Positions 27,858 to 38,426 are shown, numbered from the stretch's first letter. The stretch: DNA of 64,000 bases from Candidatus Doudnabacteria bacterium RIFCSPHIGHO2_02_FULL_43_13b (GCA_001777655.1 MFER01000013.1:68322-132321), one strand, 5' to 3'. Notes: generated from the sequence alone by a model not told the origin. Translations and numbers: made by a program.

Positions 27858-28180
27858 ACGTTTGCTCGCTTCAGTAACTGGGTAACCTCTAATTCTAAAT
27901 CTTGGAATTTAATTCTCAAAATCTTACTGCTTGGAAAAAACAAGACATCAAAGGACTTAAATTTGTTTTGGTGCTGACTGACGATTGACTTTAAGCGCCG
28001 TTTAACTTTATTCCGATCAACTGCTTTGGGTAATATTTTTTTAGGGACAATAAAACCAAAACGTGGCAGGTTTTGGTTCGAGGGGAGAACTCTGATCCGA
28101 AGGTTTAAGCTTTGGAAGAAACGACCCGATCGAAATCTAGTAAAGTCAGCCTCATTTTTAAGTAAGTGAATCTTCCCCAT
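27845..28180 (-). CDS. rnpA: Ribonuclease P protein component
   Basis: RFGFIVPKK..KAVDRNKVKRRLK. Confidence 0.93.
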   Translation of the reverse strand: MGKIHLLKNEADFTRFRSGRFFQSLNLRIRVLPSNQNLPRFGFIVPKKILPKAVDRNKVKRRLKSIVSQHQNKFKSFDVLFFPSSKILRIKFQDLELEVTQLLKRANVWQS

Positions 28181-28315
28181 TTAAACAGTGAGTCGTTTTC
28201 TGCCCTTAGCGCGTCTTCGGGATAAAACTGCTCGCCCAGTTCTTGATTTCATTCGCTTTCTAAACCCATGAACCCGTTTGCGTCGAAGCTTTTTCGGTCG
28301 ATATGTTGGTTGCAT
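28181..28315 (-). CDS. rpmH: 50S ribosomal protein L34
   Basis: [44 protein letters not shown]; too short for the ORF track. Confidence 0.97.
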   Translation of the reverse strand: MQPTYRPKKLRRKRVHGFRKRMKSRTGRAVLSRRRAKGRKRLTV

Positions 28316-28523
28316 ACTGACACATTATACTGCAAAGTGAGAGTTCTGTCACCCGGTTGTCGGCTTTGTAACACTTAATCAACTAATAATCCACATTATA
28401 TTAACAAGCTATCTATTTTTTGCTTAATCTTAGGCAAAAAATATATATTTACATGTTGATAACTTATCTGTTAAAATAAGTCACAGCCATTAAAAATCTT
28501 CAACCTTTACGATTAGCCTTGAA
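28316..28523. promoter_or_regulatory. oriC region upstream of dnaA with DnaA-box-like sites
   Basis: AT-rich; TAATCCACA 28387-28395; TGTTGATAA 28454-28462. Confidence 0.6.
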
Positions 28524-29855
28524 ATGACAAACCAACAACTCTGGCAAGCAATCCTCGGCAACCTAGAACTAGCCATAAGTAAAGCTAGTTTTACTACTTG
28601 GTTTAAAAACACCTCAATTTTGGAAAAAACCGACTCCGCGATAATAGTAAATACCCCCAACGCTTTCACGAAAGAGTGGCTGCAGAACAAATACCACCAG
28701 GATATTCTGAAAGCCTTAAAATCAATCGCCCCAGAGATTAGAGAGGTTAAATTCCAAATCACCAACCCAACTTATGTTGCTCCTCAGGCTGCCAGAGAAA
28801 TCCCCAAAACTACCGTAAAACGACCTGAAAACCAAAGTCTTAACCCCAAATATACTTTTACCACCTTCATTGTTGGTTCGAACAACCAGCTCGCTCATGC
28901 CGCCAGCTTAGCAGTCAGCAAAAAACCAGGAACAGTCTATAATCCATTATTTATCTACGGCGGCGTCGGCTTAGGCAAAACGCATTTAATGCAGGCGGTT
29001 GGAACGGAAATTTTAAAAAAAGACCCTTCGACCAAAATTTTATACGTAACCAGCGAAAAATTTACCAATGATTTCGTCTCAGCCCTTTCGCAAGGTCGAG
29101 CAGATCAATTCAAGTCACTTTATCGAAACGTTGATGTATTGTTGGTGGACGATATCCAATTCCTAGCCGGGAAAGAAGGAACCCAAGAAGAATTTTTCCA
29201 CACTTTCAATGCTCTGCACCAAAATAATCGACAAGTGGTGATGACCTCTGATCGATTACCGAAAGAAATCCCCGCCATCGAAGAACGGCTAGTTTCTCGG
29301 TTTGAATGGGGGATGATCGCGGATATTCAGGCGCCCGACTTGGAAACACGAATCGCGATTTTAAAAACGAAGGCCAAGGAAAAAAATTACAACGTTGACC
29401 CGGAAATTTTAACCTATATTGCCGAAATTATTCAAAGCAATATTAGAGAATTGGAGGGAGCCCTAAACCGCTTGATGGTTTATTGCCAGCTCAATAACAC
29501 CAAGCCCACCATCGATCAGGTAAAAAGTGTGTTGGTTAACGTCATCACCCCACCCAAAAAACGCGGTGTCTCAGCCAAAAAAATCATAGAGGTAGTGTCT
29601 GATTTTTATAATGTTTCACCAGAAGACTTACTCAAACAATCGCGTAAAAAAGAGTATGTGAACCCCAGACAAATCGCAATGTATATCATCAGGAAAGAAT
29701 TAGAAACTTCCCTGCCTTCCATTGGTGAGTTTTTTGGTGGGCGCGACCATACAACAGTCATCCATGCCGTAGACAAGATTGAACGAATAATTAAAGAGAA
29801 AAATAGTTTAAAACAAGAGATTAATTTAATCAAAGATCGGTTATATTTGAATTAG
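28524..29855 (+). CDS. dnaA: Chromosomal replication initiator DnaA
   Basis: YNPLFIYGGVGLGKTHL, DDIQF, NIRELEGAL, GGRDHTTV. Confidence 0.99.
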   Translation: MTNQQLWQAILGNLELAISKASFTTWFKNTSILEKTDSAIIVNTPNAFTKEWLQNKYHQDILKALKSIAPEIREVKFQITNPTYVAPQAAREIPKTTVKRPENQSLNPKYTFTTFIVGSNNQLAHAASLAVSKKPGTVYNPLFIYGGVGLGKTHLMQAVGTEILKKDPSTKILYVTSEKFTNDFVSALSQGRADQFKSLYRNVDVLLVDDIQFLAGKEGTQEEFFHTFNALHQNNRQVVMTSDRLPKEIPAIEERLVSRFEWGMIADIQAPDLETRIAILKTKAKEKNYNVDPEILTYIAEIIQSNIRELEGALNRLMVYCQLNNTKPTIDQVKSVLVNVITPPKKRGVSAKKIIEVVSDFYNVSPEDLLKQSRKKEYVNPRQIAMYIIRKELETSLPSIGEFFGGRDHTTVIHAVDKIERIIKEKNSLKQEINLIKDRLYLN

Positions 29856-30060
29856 TTGTTAATTAACGGTTAACATCTTCTAGGTAAGTTTTTAGTAATA
29901 ATTATGTTAAAATATTTAGGGCAATCTTAACGACAGGTTTTACACAAGGTCCAGACAAGTTATTGCTTTGACCCAAACCTAAACCACCCAACAAAACAAA
30001 CAAAAACAACCTTACACACAAATCCACAGTACTTATTATCATTATTATTTTTTAAAATTT
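29856..30060. promoter_or_regulatory. oriC unwinding region between dnaA and dnaN
   Basis: Overlapping boxes TTACACACAAATCCACA (30012-30028) followed by TTA/TCA trinucleotide repeats, resembling the DnaA-box plus DnaA-trio module of Bacillus subtilis oriC. Confidence 0.75.
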
Positions 30061-31158
30061 ATGAAATTAATAGTAACTAAAGAAAATTTGAAAAAAGGTT
30101 TGTTTGCGGTTAGCCGGGTTGTTGGCAGCGGTAACCCCCTGCAGGTTTTAAATAATATTTTAATCAAAACCGACCAGGGCCGGGTTAAATTTTCTGCGAC
30201 CAACTTAGAAATTGGAGTAAACACTTGGGTAGGGGGAAAAACCGAAAAAGAAGGGGCTTTGACCGTACCGGCCAGATTAATTAATGAATATGTTAATAAT
30301 TTACCAACCGAGAAGGTAACGCTCGAGGGAACCGAAGGAAATACATTAAAACTTGACTCAGAAAATTATCACACGAATATTAAAGGTCTTCCTGCTGAAG
30401 ATTTCCCGCTAATCCCTCAGGTAACCGAAGAGCCGTTTGCTAAAATTGACGCTTCAGAGTTTAAAGATGCTTTAGCCGAAACAATCTGGGCTTCTTCTAA
30501 CAATGAGACCCAACCGGAAATTTCAGGGATTTTTATGGCGTTCGAAGATGAAAAAATAAGAATTGCCGCCACCGACCGATATCGTCTTGCCGAGCGAACA
30601 GCCACACTTAAAACCGCGGCCCGGGTTGTCAAAGAGGTCATTGTGCCATCCCGAACTGTTTCAGAGCTTTATAAAATCTTAAGCGTGGGGGCAGGAGAAG
30701 TAGAGATTTATTTTTCTGAAAGCCAGGTGTTGTTTAAATTTGATGATACCGAGTTGATTTCTCGCCTGATTGATGGCCAATACCCAGATTATCGGCAAAT
30801 TATTCCCAAGGAATTTAAGACTGAAGTCGAAGTTGAGCGAGAAGAATTTATCCACGCGCTTAAAGCTGCCGCGCTGTTTGTTCCAGATTCCAACAACATC
30901 ACAGTTGAGGTTAAGGCAGCAGGGATTACTGTTTCCGCCTCTTCTATGGCAGCGGGTGAGAACACCACTCAAATCAAAGCCAAGGTTTCCGGCAGTGATA
31001 ACAGCGCGGTGTTTAATTTTCGTTATTTGTTGGATTGCTTGAACAATTTGAGTGAAGCGATTGTGAAATTCAAAATGATTAATGACGCCTCGCCGGCCTC
31101 GCTGGCGCCCCTCAAACGGGACAATTATGTTTACATCGTCATGCCAATCAAGTTGTAA
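30061..31158 (+). CDS. dnaN: DNA polymerase III beta clamp
   Basis: ATNLE, ATDRYRLA, SRLIDG.YPDY, IVMPIK. Confidence 0.98.
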   Translation: MKLIVTKENLKKGLFAVSRVVGSGNPLQVLNNILIKTDQGRVKFSATNLEIGVNTWVGGKTEKEGALTVPARLINEYVNNLPTEKVTLEGTEGNTLKLDSENYHTNIKGLPAEDFPLIPQVTEEPFAKIDASEFKDALAETIWASSNNETQPEISGIFMAFEDEKIRIAATDRYRLAERTATLKTAARVVKEVIVPSRTVSELYKILSVGAGEVEIYFSESQVLFKFDDTELISRLIDGQYPDYRQIIPKEFKTEVEVEREEFIHALKAAALFVPDSNNITVEVKAAGITVSASSMAAGENTTQIKAKVSGSDNSAVFNFRYLLDCLNNLSEAIVKFKMINDASPASLAPLKRDNYVYIVMPIKL

Positions 31159-32222
31159 TGAAGTTAACTGAGGTTAAATTAGAAAACTTTCGTAATTATA
31201 AAAAAATCGGCGTCGCTATTGACGCTGATTTAGTTTTGGTTTTAGGGGATAACGCTTCAGGTAAAACTAATTTTTTGGAAAGTATCTATTTTTTATCTCG
31301 TTTAAAATCTTTTCGCGCCCCCGATGATTTGTTGATAAGAGTCGGAGCAGATTATTTCAATTTACAAGCCAAAGTCCAAGAACAAAAACTTGAAGCAGTA
31401 GTTGCAAAAAACACTATCGTTCGCCGGGTGTTTAAAATTAATGATCAGAAAGTTAAACGAACGATCTGGCAATCATACAAAACTGTTTTATTTGTTCCCA
31501 ACGATTTAAACTTGTTTATTTTAGGGCCTGCGACAAGACGGAAATTCTTGGATGAAATATTGTCACAAAAAAGCAAAGAATATTCGCTGGCATTAATATC
31601 ACTGGGGCACATTCTCAAACAAAAAGCCGCGTTGTTAGAAGTTTTGAATCAAGGGAGCGGGGATGTTTCTGAGTTGGAATCTTGGAACGAACAGTTAACT
31701 CAATCCAGCCGAATCATCGAGCAACACCGCTATTTATTTATTGATTTTATTAACCAAAGATTTAAGCATTTAAATCAGGAATTAACCGGGCTTTCTTCTC
31801 GCTTTTTGGTGGAATTTATAAGTATGGTTGCCGGTTTAGATGAACAAGGACTTTTAGCCAAGCTTTCACAATACCAAGAGGCAGAAATCAAAAGCGGTCA
31901 GTGTTTGGTTGGCCCGCACCGTGATGATTTTGTCATCAAAAAAGACGAAGTTTTAAATATCTTTAATTCTTCCCGTGGTGAACTTCGCACCCAAGTACTT
32001 ACATTAAAACTGCTCGAAGCTGAGTATTTATCAGACGACAAGCAAAAACCCATCATTTTGCTTGATGATGTGTTTTCAGAGCTAGATGAAATTCGGCGCG
32101 CCAAGCTAATTGAAAACTTAAAGGGTTATCAAATTTTTATTACATCCACCGAAGAGCACCATCTGCCGAAACTAAGCAAGGAAGCCTTGGTTTTGAAAGT
32201 TGAGAATAATGCTATAATTTGA
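31158..32222 (+). CDS. recF: DNA replication/repair protein RecF
   Basis: NFRNY, GDNASGKTN, GPHRDD, LLDDVFSELD. Confidence 0.96.
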   Translation: MKLTEVKLENFRNYKKIGVAIDADLVLVLGDNASGKTNFLESIYFLSRLKSFRAPDDLLIRVGADYFNLQAKVQEQKLEAVVAKNTIVRRVFKINDQKVKRTIWQSYKTVLFVPNDLNLFILGPATRRKFLDEILSQKSKEYSLALISLGHILKQKAALLEVLNQGSGDVSELESWNEQLTQSSRIIEQHRYLFIDFINQRFKHLNQELTGLSSRFLVEFISMVAGLDEQGLLAKLSQYQEAEIKSGQCLVGPHRDDFVIKKDEVLNIFNSSRGELRTQVLTLKLLEAEYLSDDKQKPIILLDDVFSELDEIRRAKLIENLKGYQIFITSTEEHHLPKLSKEALVLKVENNAII

Positions 32223-32226
32223 ATAT

Positions 32227-32856
32227 ATGAGAGATTATGCAACATTAGCAACACCTGAAGAGCCAACCGCCGGTACAGAAAAAAATCCGGGAGATAGGTC
32301 GAGTGTATCAGCTGAAGAAACCGAGGCTAGTAATTTAGAAATTGTTAAAGCACAGATAATTAATCAAGCCCAGTTGTTATATTCCCAAGGGGCTTGGACT
32401 GATCTGAATCAACTGGTTCATGAACCCTTAACTACAAGATTGTTTGCCACGACAAACCTAGCAGTGAATCTACACGATCGATTAGCCCACGGAGAATTTA
32501 GGCTAGCAAAAGATCACTATTATTTAGACGATACACCATATAACTTCGCGACGGATTTAGTAGAATCTATGGGTGATAATCCGGATAACCTACCCGAGTT
32601 AATGAAAATTTGGTTAAAACATAAAGTCTCATCAGAAGAATGCGAAGAAGCTTTTGCTACTGAAGAACTTTTTCGCCAGCCTGATGAACTGCATTCTCAT
32701 AAAGAAAATAGATATATTTTAATTAGCAAGACCAAAAAATCGAGATTATTATTTATTGTTTATACGATTAGAAAAAATAAGGTGCGTGTAATTTCCGCCA
32801 GAAGCATGCACAAAAAGGAGCAAGATTTTTATGAAAAAGAAGCTGGTTCTGCCTAA
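32227..32856 (+). CDS. Orphan N-terminus fused to a BrnT-type toxin domain
   Basis: C-terminal KHKVS.EECEEAF...HS..ENRY...LFIVYTIR..KVRVISAR. Confidence 0.75.
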   Translation: MRDYATLATPEEPTAGTEKNPGDRSSVSAEETEASNLEIVKAQIINQAQLLYSQGAWTDLNQLVHEPLTTRLFATTNLAVNLHDRLAHGEFRLAKDHYYLDDTPYNFATDLVESMGDNPDNLPELMKIWLKHKVSSEECEEAFATEELFRQPDELHSHKENRYILISKTKKSRLLFIVYTIRKNKVRVISARSMHKKEQDFYEKEAGSA

Positions 32857-33094
32857 ATTCAAAAATGAAGACGAAGAAAGAGAATTTTGGGATAAAATTG
32901 ACCTTGCCGATTATCTAGAACCTGGTGATTTTATCCGCGTCCGATTCCCAAACCTGAAACCCACTTCTCGATCGATTTCTATCCGGATCCCCGAATATAT
33001 CATTAATCAAGTCAAGATTGAAGCGAACAAGATTGACATTCCTTATCAGGCCTTGATGAAACAGTATATCGCCAAAGGTGTCTTAAAAAAATAG
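32831..33094 (+). CDS. BrnA/CopG-type antitoxin
   Basis: PKFKNEDEEREFW...ISIRIP...IPYQALMK; overlaps the toxin gene. Confidence 0.85.
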   Translation: MKKKLVLPKFKNEDEEREFWDKIDLADYLEPGDFIRVRFPNLKPTSRSISIRIPEYIINQVKIEANKIDIPYQALMKQYIAKGVLKK

Positions 33095-33158
33095 GCTTAA
33101 AAAGTCCGCTCCAAACTCAGGAGCGGATTTTTGGTTTTGAAAGTTGAGAATAATGAGA

Positions 33159-33719
33159 TTATTTATTAAACGGGTTTTTTTGTTTCTGTTTTTCGGGCAA
33201 GGCCTCGTAGAGATCCAAAAGTATTTTATTGATTTTGGTCGGGTTTGGTACGCGGTCAAACTCAAACCGATTGGTTTCAGCTGCGGTTTGGACGTAGACA
33301 TTACCATAATCAAAGAAGTTTTCTAAAATACCGTTGACCTCGGCGGTTACATCTTCAATTCTGCTTAAATGAAGCTCGGAAATTGTATGATGCAAGAGGG
33401 ATTTTTGGGTAATATCGACGATCCGTTCGTTCGTGACAATTTGCATATTCAGATAATACATGACCCAAGTGATCAAAAACCCCAGCAAGATGAAGAGTAG
33501 ATAAATAGTTTTGATCAGATTAACATAATCCAGATAAGGGTCTTTTTTAAGGGTCGGGGCATAACGGTTAATAGCCCAGTCAGAGAGGAACAAAATTATT
33601 ATAAATAAAAACCAAACCAAAAGTTTCGTGACCAACACCATCCAATGCTGGCGAGTGATGATGAAGATTTGCTCATTTTCTTGTTGGCCGGGGAAAAGGA
33701 TTTTTTTATTAATTAGCAT
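33159..33719 (-). CDS. Membrane protein with bacterial PH domain
   Basis: RQHW, two TMs, VTNERI, IEDV, YGNVYVQTA. Confidence 0.8.
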   Translation of the reverse strand: MLINKKILFPGQQENEQIFIITRQHWMVLVTKLLVWFLFIIILFLSDWAINRYAPTLKKDPYLDYVNLIKTIYLLFILLGFLITWVMYYLNMQIVTNERIVDITQKSLLHHTISELHLSRIEDVTAEVNGILENFFDYGNVYVQTAAETNRFEFDRVPNPTKINKILLDLYEALPEKQKQKNPFNK

Positions 33720-33721
33720 GG

Positions 33722-33946
33722 TCAGAATTTAATGTTACTTAGATTATTAACAGCCGCTACATAGAGTCCGGCGGTAATTGTTAAGTAGACTAAAGATACC
33801 ACAATCGCCAGGATTTTGGAGCGACCGTAGCGCAGGAGTGCATAAAGCGCGATTAAACTATAAAGCACAAACCCAGCCATGATTAGATAAAAAATTAAAC
33901 TGACAATGCTCGAGATAAGGTTGGTTGGTTGAAAAGCTGGAGTCAT
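33722..33946 (-). CDS. Small two-TM hypothetical protein
   Basis: 74-aa hydrophobic ORF coupled to ruvB. Confidence 0.7.
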   Translation of the reverse strand: MTPAFQPTNLISSIVSLIFYLIMAGFVLYSLIALYALLRYGRSKILAIVVSLVYLTITAGLYVAAVNNLSNIKF

Positions 33947-34983
33947 AAAAGTGGTTTGGTTAGGGGTTTATTAATGGGTTTTTTCAAATGATCATAAGCC
34001 GCCGGTGTGGCCACCCGCCCTTTCGGAGTTTTGGCGATTAACCCTAAGCGTAATAAGTAGGGTTCATAAATATCCTCGATAGTCCCGGCATCTTCGGAAG
34101 TGGCAGCGGCGATGGACGTAATACCAACCGGCCCCCCCCCGAATTTTTCAATCAAGGCTTCCAAAATTCGTCTGTCGTTATTATCTAAACCCAAGTCATC
34201 AACTTCCAGCATATTTAAGGCGTCGTGTGCGACTTGTTCTGTGATCTTCCCTCCAGCGCGCACTTGCGCGTAGTCGCGAACTCGCTTGAGCAAGCGATTG
34301 GCAATTCTAGGGGTCCGCCGGGCCCGTTTGGCCACCTCTGCCCGGCCCGTAGATTCGATTTTGATATTCAAAATTTTTGCTGACCGCTCGATAATTTTTT
34401 CAATTTCTGGTTCTTCGTAATAATCTAGGCGGTAAGTCATGCCAAAACGGTCACGCAAGGGAGCTGAGAGCATGCCGATTCTCGTGGTGGCGCCAATTAA
34501 AGTAAATTTAGGCAGATCCAAGCGTAGGGCTTTTGCTCCCGCGCCTTTGCCCAAGACTATGTCCAAACTATATTCTTCCATGGCGGGGTAAAGAATTTCC
34601 TCTACCGTTTTGTTCAGTCGATGGATTTCATCTATGAATAAAATATCATTTTCTGAAAGATTCGTAAGCAACGAAGCTAAATCGCCGGATTTTTCAATGG
34701 CGGGGCCAGAGGTAATCTTAATGCCAACCTTTCCTTCTTTGGCAATAATATGAGCCAGTGTGGTTTTGCCCAAGCCCGGCGGGCCATACAGCAAGAGATG
34801 TTCTAAAGTTTCTTTTCTGCCCGAGGCGGCATCAATGAGAATTTTCAGACTTTCCTTGATTTTTTCCTGTCCGATGTATTCGGATAGCTTTTGCGGCCGC
34901 AGGGTTACTTCAAATAGCGTTTCAGAAGCATCTGGAACCGGGTTGATAATATCGATTTCGGCAACAGTTGGTTCAATAGCCAT
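33943..34983 (-). CDS. ruvB: Holliday junction helicase RuvB
   Basis: [35 protein letters not shown]. Confidence 0.98.
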   Translation of the reverse strand: MAIEPTVAEIDIINPVPDASETLFEVTLRPQKLSEYIGQEKIKESLKILIDAASGRKETLEHLLLYGPPGLGKTTLAHIIAKEGKVGIKITSGPAIEKSGDLASLLTNLSENDILFIDEIHRLNKTVEEILYPAMEEYSLDIVLGKGAGAKALRLDLPKFTLIGATTRIGMLSAPLRDRFGMTYRLDYYEEPEIEKIIERSAKILNIKIESTGRAEVAKRARRTPRIANRLLKRVRDYAQVRAGGKITEQVAHDALNMLEVDDLGLDNNDRRILEALIEKFGGGPVGITSIAAATSEDAGTIEDIYEPYLLRLGLIAKTPKGRVATPAAYDHLKKPINKPLTKPLL

Positions 34984-35002
34984 GAGTTTAGTATATCAAA
35001 TC

Positions 35003-36445
35003 TTAAAGATTACGTAAGAATTTTAAAGTTAGGTATACTCCCCAGCCAGTCGCACCCACTGTCAGGTGTTTTTTTGGTCGCATCGTCGAGGCCGTACCTG
35101 CAATGTCCAAATGAATCCAAGGGGTATTTTGCACGAAATGTTTTAAAAATAGCGCTGCCGTAATCACCCCCGCTAAGCCTTTTTCACCAACATTCTTCAA
35201 ATCAGCAACTTGGCTCTGGAGCTGATCTTGATACTCGGACACAAGCGGTAAGGGCCAGAGATTTTCGGCAGTGGCTAAGCTTGCTTGGTTTATTAATTTG
35301 TCATAAGTTTTGGTATTGGCAAAAAACCCGGTATATTCATCACCTAAAGCCACTAATACCGCCCCAGTTAAGGTGGCGTAGTCAATGATCAGTTTGGGTT
35401 GATAATGTTTTTTGGCAAAACTAATCGCATCCGCCAAAACTAGCCGGCCTTCTGCGTCAGTATTAATAATTTCTACGCTGGTTTTATCGTGAGCGACTAA
35501 AATATCGCCTGGTTTTAAAGCGGCGCCTGAGACCAAATTTTCTGCCGCTGGAATGATGGCGACCAGATGGCTTGAGAGTTTGAGCATGGCCGCCGCTTGC
35601 ATAACGCCAAGCACAGTTGCCCCGCCCGCCATGTCGAATTTCATTTCTTCCATTTTTTCGGCAGGTTTAATCGAGATCCCGCCGCTGTCAAATGTTAATC
35701 CTTTGCCAATTAAGACTATCGGTGGCTGTTTTTGATTCCCTGATTCTAAAATAATAAACCGAGGGGGTTCGTCAGAGCCCCGGGAGACTCCTAAAATTAG
35801 GCCTAATTTTTCCCTCATCATTTCTGATTCACCGAGGATTTTGTAATTTAGTTTATATTTTTTGGCAATGGTTATGGCGTGTTGGGCTAAGTGTTTCGGG
35901 GTCATGATGTTGCCTGGATGATTAGCCAAGTCCCGCGCTTGGTTGGTAGCCAGACCGATCATCCCTCCATCATTAAGAGCTGTTTTATAGCTTTTATTGT
36001 TCTGAATCACGATCTCTATTTGTTCAAAAGCTGGCGTTTTGTTGCCTTGTTTATAAATATTAAATTGGTAAGCACTATGCGTTACAGCAAAACCCGTAAG
36101 TTCCAAATAATTTGGGACCCAAGCTCGGTTGACGCTTGGCAGAAACAAACTGATTGATTTTGCTTGTAATTTTTGAGCGTTAGTGATGGCAGTATGGATG
36201 GCAATTCGCCAATTTTTTGCACCAAAATTTTGCTTCTTTCCCAAAGCGATTAATAACAGCCGAGCTGTCGGGGTATAGACGAGCAGACTATTGCCAATTT
36301 CATTTTTAAAATCAGCCAAAGCAGCTTCGGGTATTAAGAGTTTAGTTTTTTGCTTAACCGTCTTGGCTGCCTCCTCGTTTTCAAACAATGGAAAAACAAT
36401 CAGATCGGTTTTACTAGATAGTTTTGGATTGAGAGTAATTTTCAT
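35003..36445 (-). CDS. pepA: Leucyl aminopeptidase (M17)
   Basis: GKGLTFDSGG, MKFDMAG, NTDAEGRL, ATLTGA, HLDIAG. Confidence 0.96.
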   Translation of the reverse strand: MKITLNPKLSSKTDLIVFPLFENEEAAKTVKQKTKLLIPEAALADFKNEIGNSLLVYTPTARLLLIALGKKQNFGAKNWRIAIHTAITNAQKLQAKSISLFLPSVNRAWVPNYLELTGFAVTHSAYQFNIYKQGNKTPAFEQIEIVIQNNKSYKTALNDGGMIGLATNQARDLANHPGNIMTPKHLAQHAITIAKKYKLNYKILGESEMMREKLGLILGVSRGSDEPPRFIILESGNQKQPPIVLIGKGLTFDSGGISIKPAEKMEEMKFDMAGGATVLGVMQAAAMLKLSSHLVAIIPAAENLVSGAALKPGDILVAHDKTSVEIINTDAEGRLVLADAISFAKKHYQPKLIIDYATLTGAVLVALGDEYTGFFANTKTYDKLINQASLATAENLWPLPLVSEYQDQLQSQVADLKNVGEKGLAGVITAALFLKHFVQNTPWIHLDIAGTASTMRPKKHLTVGATGWGVYLTLKFLRNL

Positions 36446-36546
36446 CCCGATTAGAAATTTTGATTAGTTAATTATACGATTTAATTAGATTATTCCCGTT
36501 GAATACATTTTTCTTGGCAAAGATGCTTGTGAGTATTTCTAACGGG
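36446..36546. mobile_element. MITE-like element family A abutting the pepA start codon
   Basis: TIRs CCCG.TTAGAAAT / ATTTCTAACGGG; minus-strand flanks ATGAAT and ATGAAA; homologous to 58625-58724. Confidence 0.8.
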
Positions 36547-36553
36547 ATTCATA

Positions 36554-37699
36554 TTATTGGGTTGAGGAAGGAGTTTCAGGGTTCGGAGTGGAGGGCTCGG
36601 TGACGGTTATTTTTTGGAACAGAGCAGGAGGGAGATAAGTGCTTTTGAAGGTTTGAGTAGTGGTTTGGTCATTCATAGTGACATGTCTAGTCCAGCTTGC
36701 TTTCATGGAGCCGTCTGGTTTTTGATCGAATTGGTATGGTCCTTCAAATACTACACTACGGTTATCTTTTGTGCCATAGAACTCAAAGTAGAGTTTACGA
36801 CCAACAATTTTGGTATGAATCAAAAAACTGCTCGGTAAGTTGTTAGTAAATTTTAAATCCAAGGCCCCCGGGTAGATCGTGGCATCGGAACCTTGTGGTG
36901 CGTAGTATTTTACGGCAAAAGAGTGATTCCGGCGAGCCGTAATCGGTAACCCCGCGTTCATCGCCGCTCGAAAAGCAGTGGTAGAGACTTGGCAGAGGCC
37001 TCCACCAAACTCTGGCACCAGGCCATCGGGTTTAATGACCAGCTCCGGCAAAAATCCGTGTTCCGCATCCACGTCGCCTAAAAATTTGTTGAAAGAAAAT
37101 TCTTCCAGGGGTTTAATAATCACTCCGTCGTATTTTTTTGAGCCGACGCTGATGTTATGAACCCGGTTAGCGGGAGAACCAGAGAAGTCCGACTCGCCTG
37201 CCGCCACTAATTCATTAATACCCAAGGTATTGGTTTGGGACAGTTTAATTTTTGGTTCTGAAATTAAAACCGGCAACCCAACAAGCAAGGCATCAGATTG
37301 CAAACTTTGGGCCAGAGAATAAATATCTAGGGCTTGTCCGTTTTGGCCTGGATTGAATTCTTCCGCCTTGCCGTTTTGCAAAATCAACTTGGCGTTTTCG
37401 GTTGATTGATTAATCTGGGCAGTTAAATCCTCGATTTGATTGATTGTGGCTGGGTCAAAAATTTTTCCTGGTTGTTCTAAATTTTTATCCAAAACTACCG
37501 AATTGATCAGACTAACTAGGGAAAAATCATTCCTAGTGTATGCTTGAGTAAGAAAATTAATACTATTAGTTTCAATTTCCCATTTTTTTTCACCAAAAAG
37601 TAAAGTTTTCCCAGAAACGATGGTAGGTAGGAGTAAAAGGGCAAGAACAATATTAAATTTTATGATTTTGGATCGTAACATTTCTGGTTTGGTTAGCAT
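36554..37699 (-). CDS. VanW family protein
   Basis: R.HNI, FSFN, GGGLCQVSTT.F, R.NHS, G.DAT; start uncertain. Confidence 0.9.
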   Translation of the reverse strand: MLTKPEMLRSKIIKFNIVLALLLLPTIVSGKTLLFGEKKWEIETNSINFLTQAYTRNDFSLVSLINSVVLDKNLEQPGKIFDPATINQIEDLTAQINQSTENAKLILQNGKAEEFNPGQNGQALDIYSLAQSLQSDALLVGLPVLISEPKIKLSQTNTLGINELVAAGESDFSGSPANRVHNISVGSKKYDGVIIKPLEEFSFNKFLGDVDAEHGFLPELVIKPDGLVPEFGGGLCQVSTTAFRAAMNAGLPITARRNHSFAVKYYAPQGSDATIYPGALDLKFTNNLPSSFLIHTKIVGRKLYFEFYGTKDNRSVVFEGPYQFDQKPDGSMKASWTRHVTMNDQTTTQTFKSTYLPPALFQKITVTEPSTPNPETPSSTQ

Positions 37700-38081
37700 T
37701 GATTTTGATCGTGATGATTAGATCGCATCGGGTTTTTACTTTCGGAAAACGATCAACCCATTCGATCAGTACCACATTTTTTTCACCAAGAATTTCATCT
37801 AAACCCAAGACCGAAAGTTGGTCCAGTTTTTTCAGCCGATAAAAATCTAGATGAAATAAAACCCGGGAGTCGAACTTATATTGATGGATGACAACAAAAC
37901 TCGGACTGCTGATTTTTTGAATTCCCAAAGCCCGGGCAAAGGCTTTGACAAAGGTGGTTTTCCCAGCCCCCAAGGGGCCGATTAACCCAATCACATGGGC
38001 CTTTTTACGATACCTCATCCCTAGGCTTTTGCCTAGATTTTGAAATTGTTTTAGGCTTAAGTTTTTAAGCTTCATCGCCAT
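37653..38081 (-). CDS. tsaE: tRNA t6A biosynthesis ATPase TsaE
   Basis: GPLGAGKTTF, SPSF, HLDFYRL, IEW. Confidence 0.94.
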   Translation of the reverse strand: MAMKLKNLSLKQFQNLGKSLGMRYRKKAHVIGLIGPLGAGKTTFVKAFARALGIQKISSPSFVVIHQYKFDSRVLFHLDFYRLKKLDQLSVLGLDEILGEKNVVLIEWVDRFPKVKTRCDLIITIKINANQTRNVTIQNHKI

Positions 38082-38082
38082 A

Positions 38083-38225
38083 CCCAGTATATCAACTTCG
38101 ATAAATGGTTTATTGGCTTTTGCATAAAATTAAAGTCTTTATTATAGATTTTTTGCTTAATCTATTATTATTAGTTTGATAATAAAACCATTTAGGGGCA
38201 AAAGCATCGAAGTTGTATTACTGGG
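38083..38225. mobile_element. MITE-like element family C abutting the tsaE start
   Basis: TIRs CCCAGTATATCAACTTCGAT / ATCGAAGTTGTATTACTGGG; homologous to 48128-48274. Confidence 0.8.
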
Positions 38226-38283
38226 CTTATTTTAGCAGCTATTGACGACTTAGCCAAAACCAATTATAGTAATATGATTTATG

Positions 38284-38425
38284 CCCGGTAGTAGAAATTT
38301 GATATTTATCCCGCGACTCGTGGGATAAATAAAAAACAACCGCGCGATAAAATTTCTTTGCTGGTTATAATAATCAAAGACAATTAGTAACTAATTTATT
38401 CTTTAATCAAATTTTCACTACCGGG
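38284..38425. mobile_element. MITE-like element family B abutting the DHH-gene start
   Basis: TIRs CCCGGTAGTAGAAATTTGAT / ATCAAATTTTCACTACCGGG; TATG on both sides. Confidence 0.8.
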
Positions 38426-38426
38426 T

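Larger units (their letters stand above)
32187..33155 (+). mobile_element. Insertion bounded by 25-bp direct repeats of the recF 3' end, carrying a BrnT/BrnA-type module
   Basis: TTGGTTTTGAAAGTTGAGAATAATG at 32187-32211 and 33131-33155. Confidence 0.7.
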
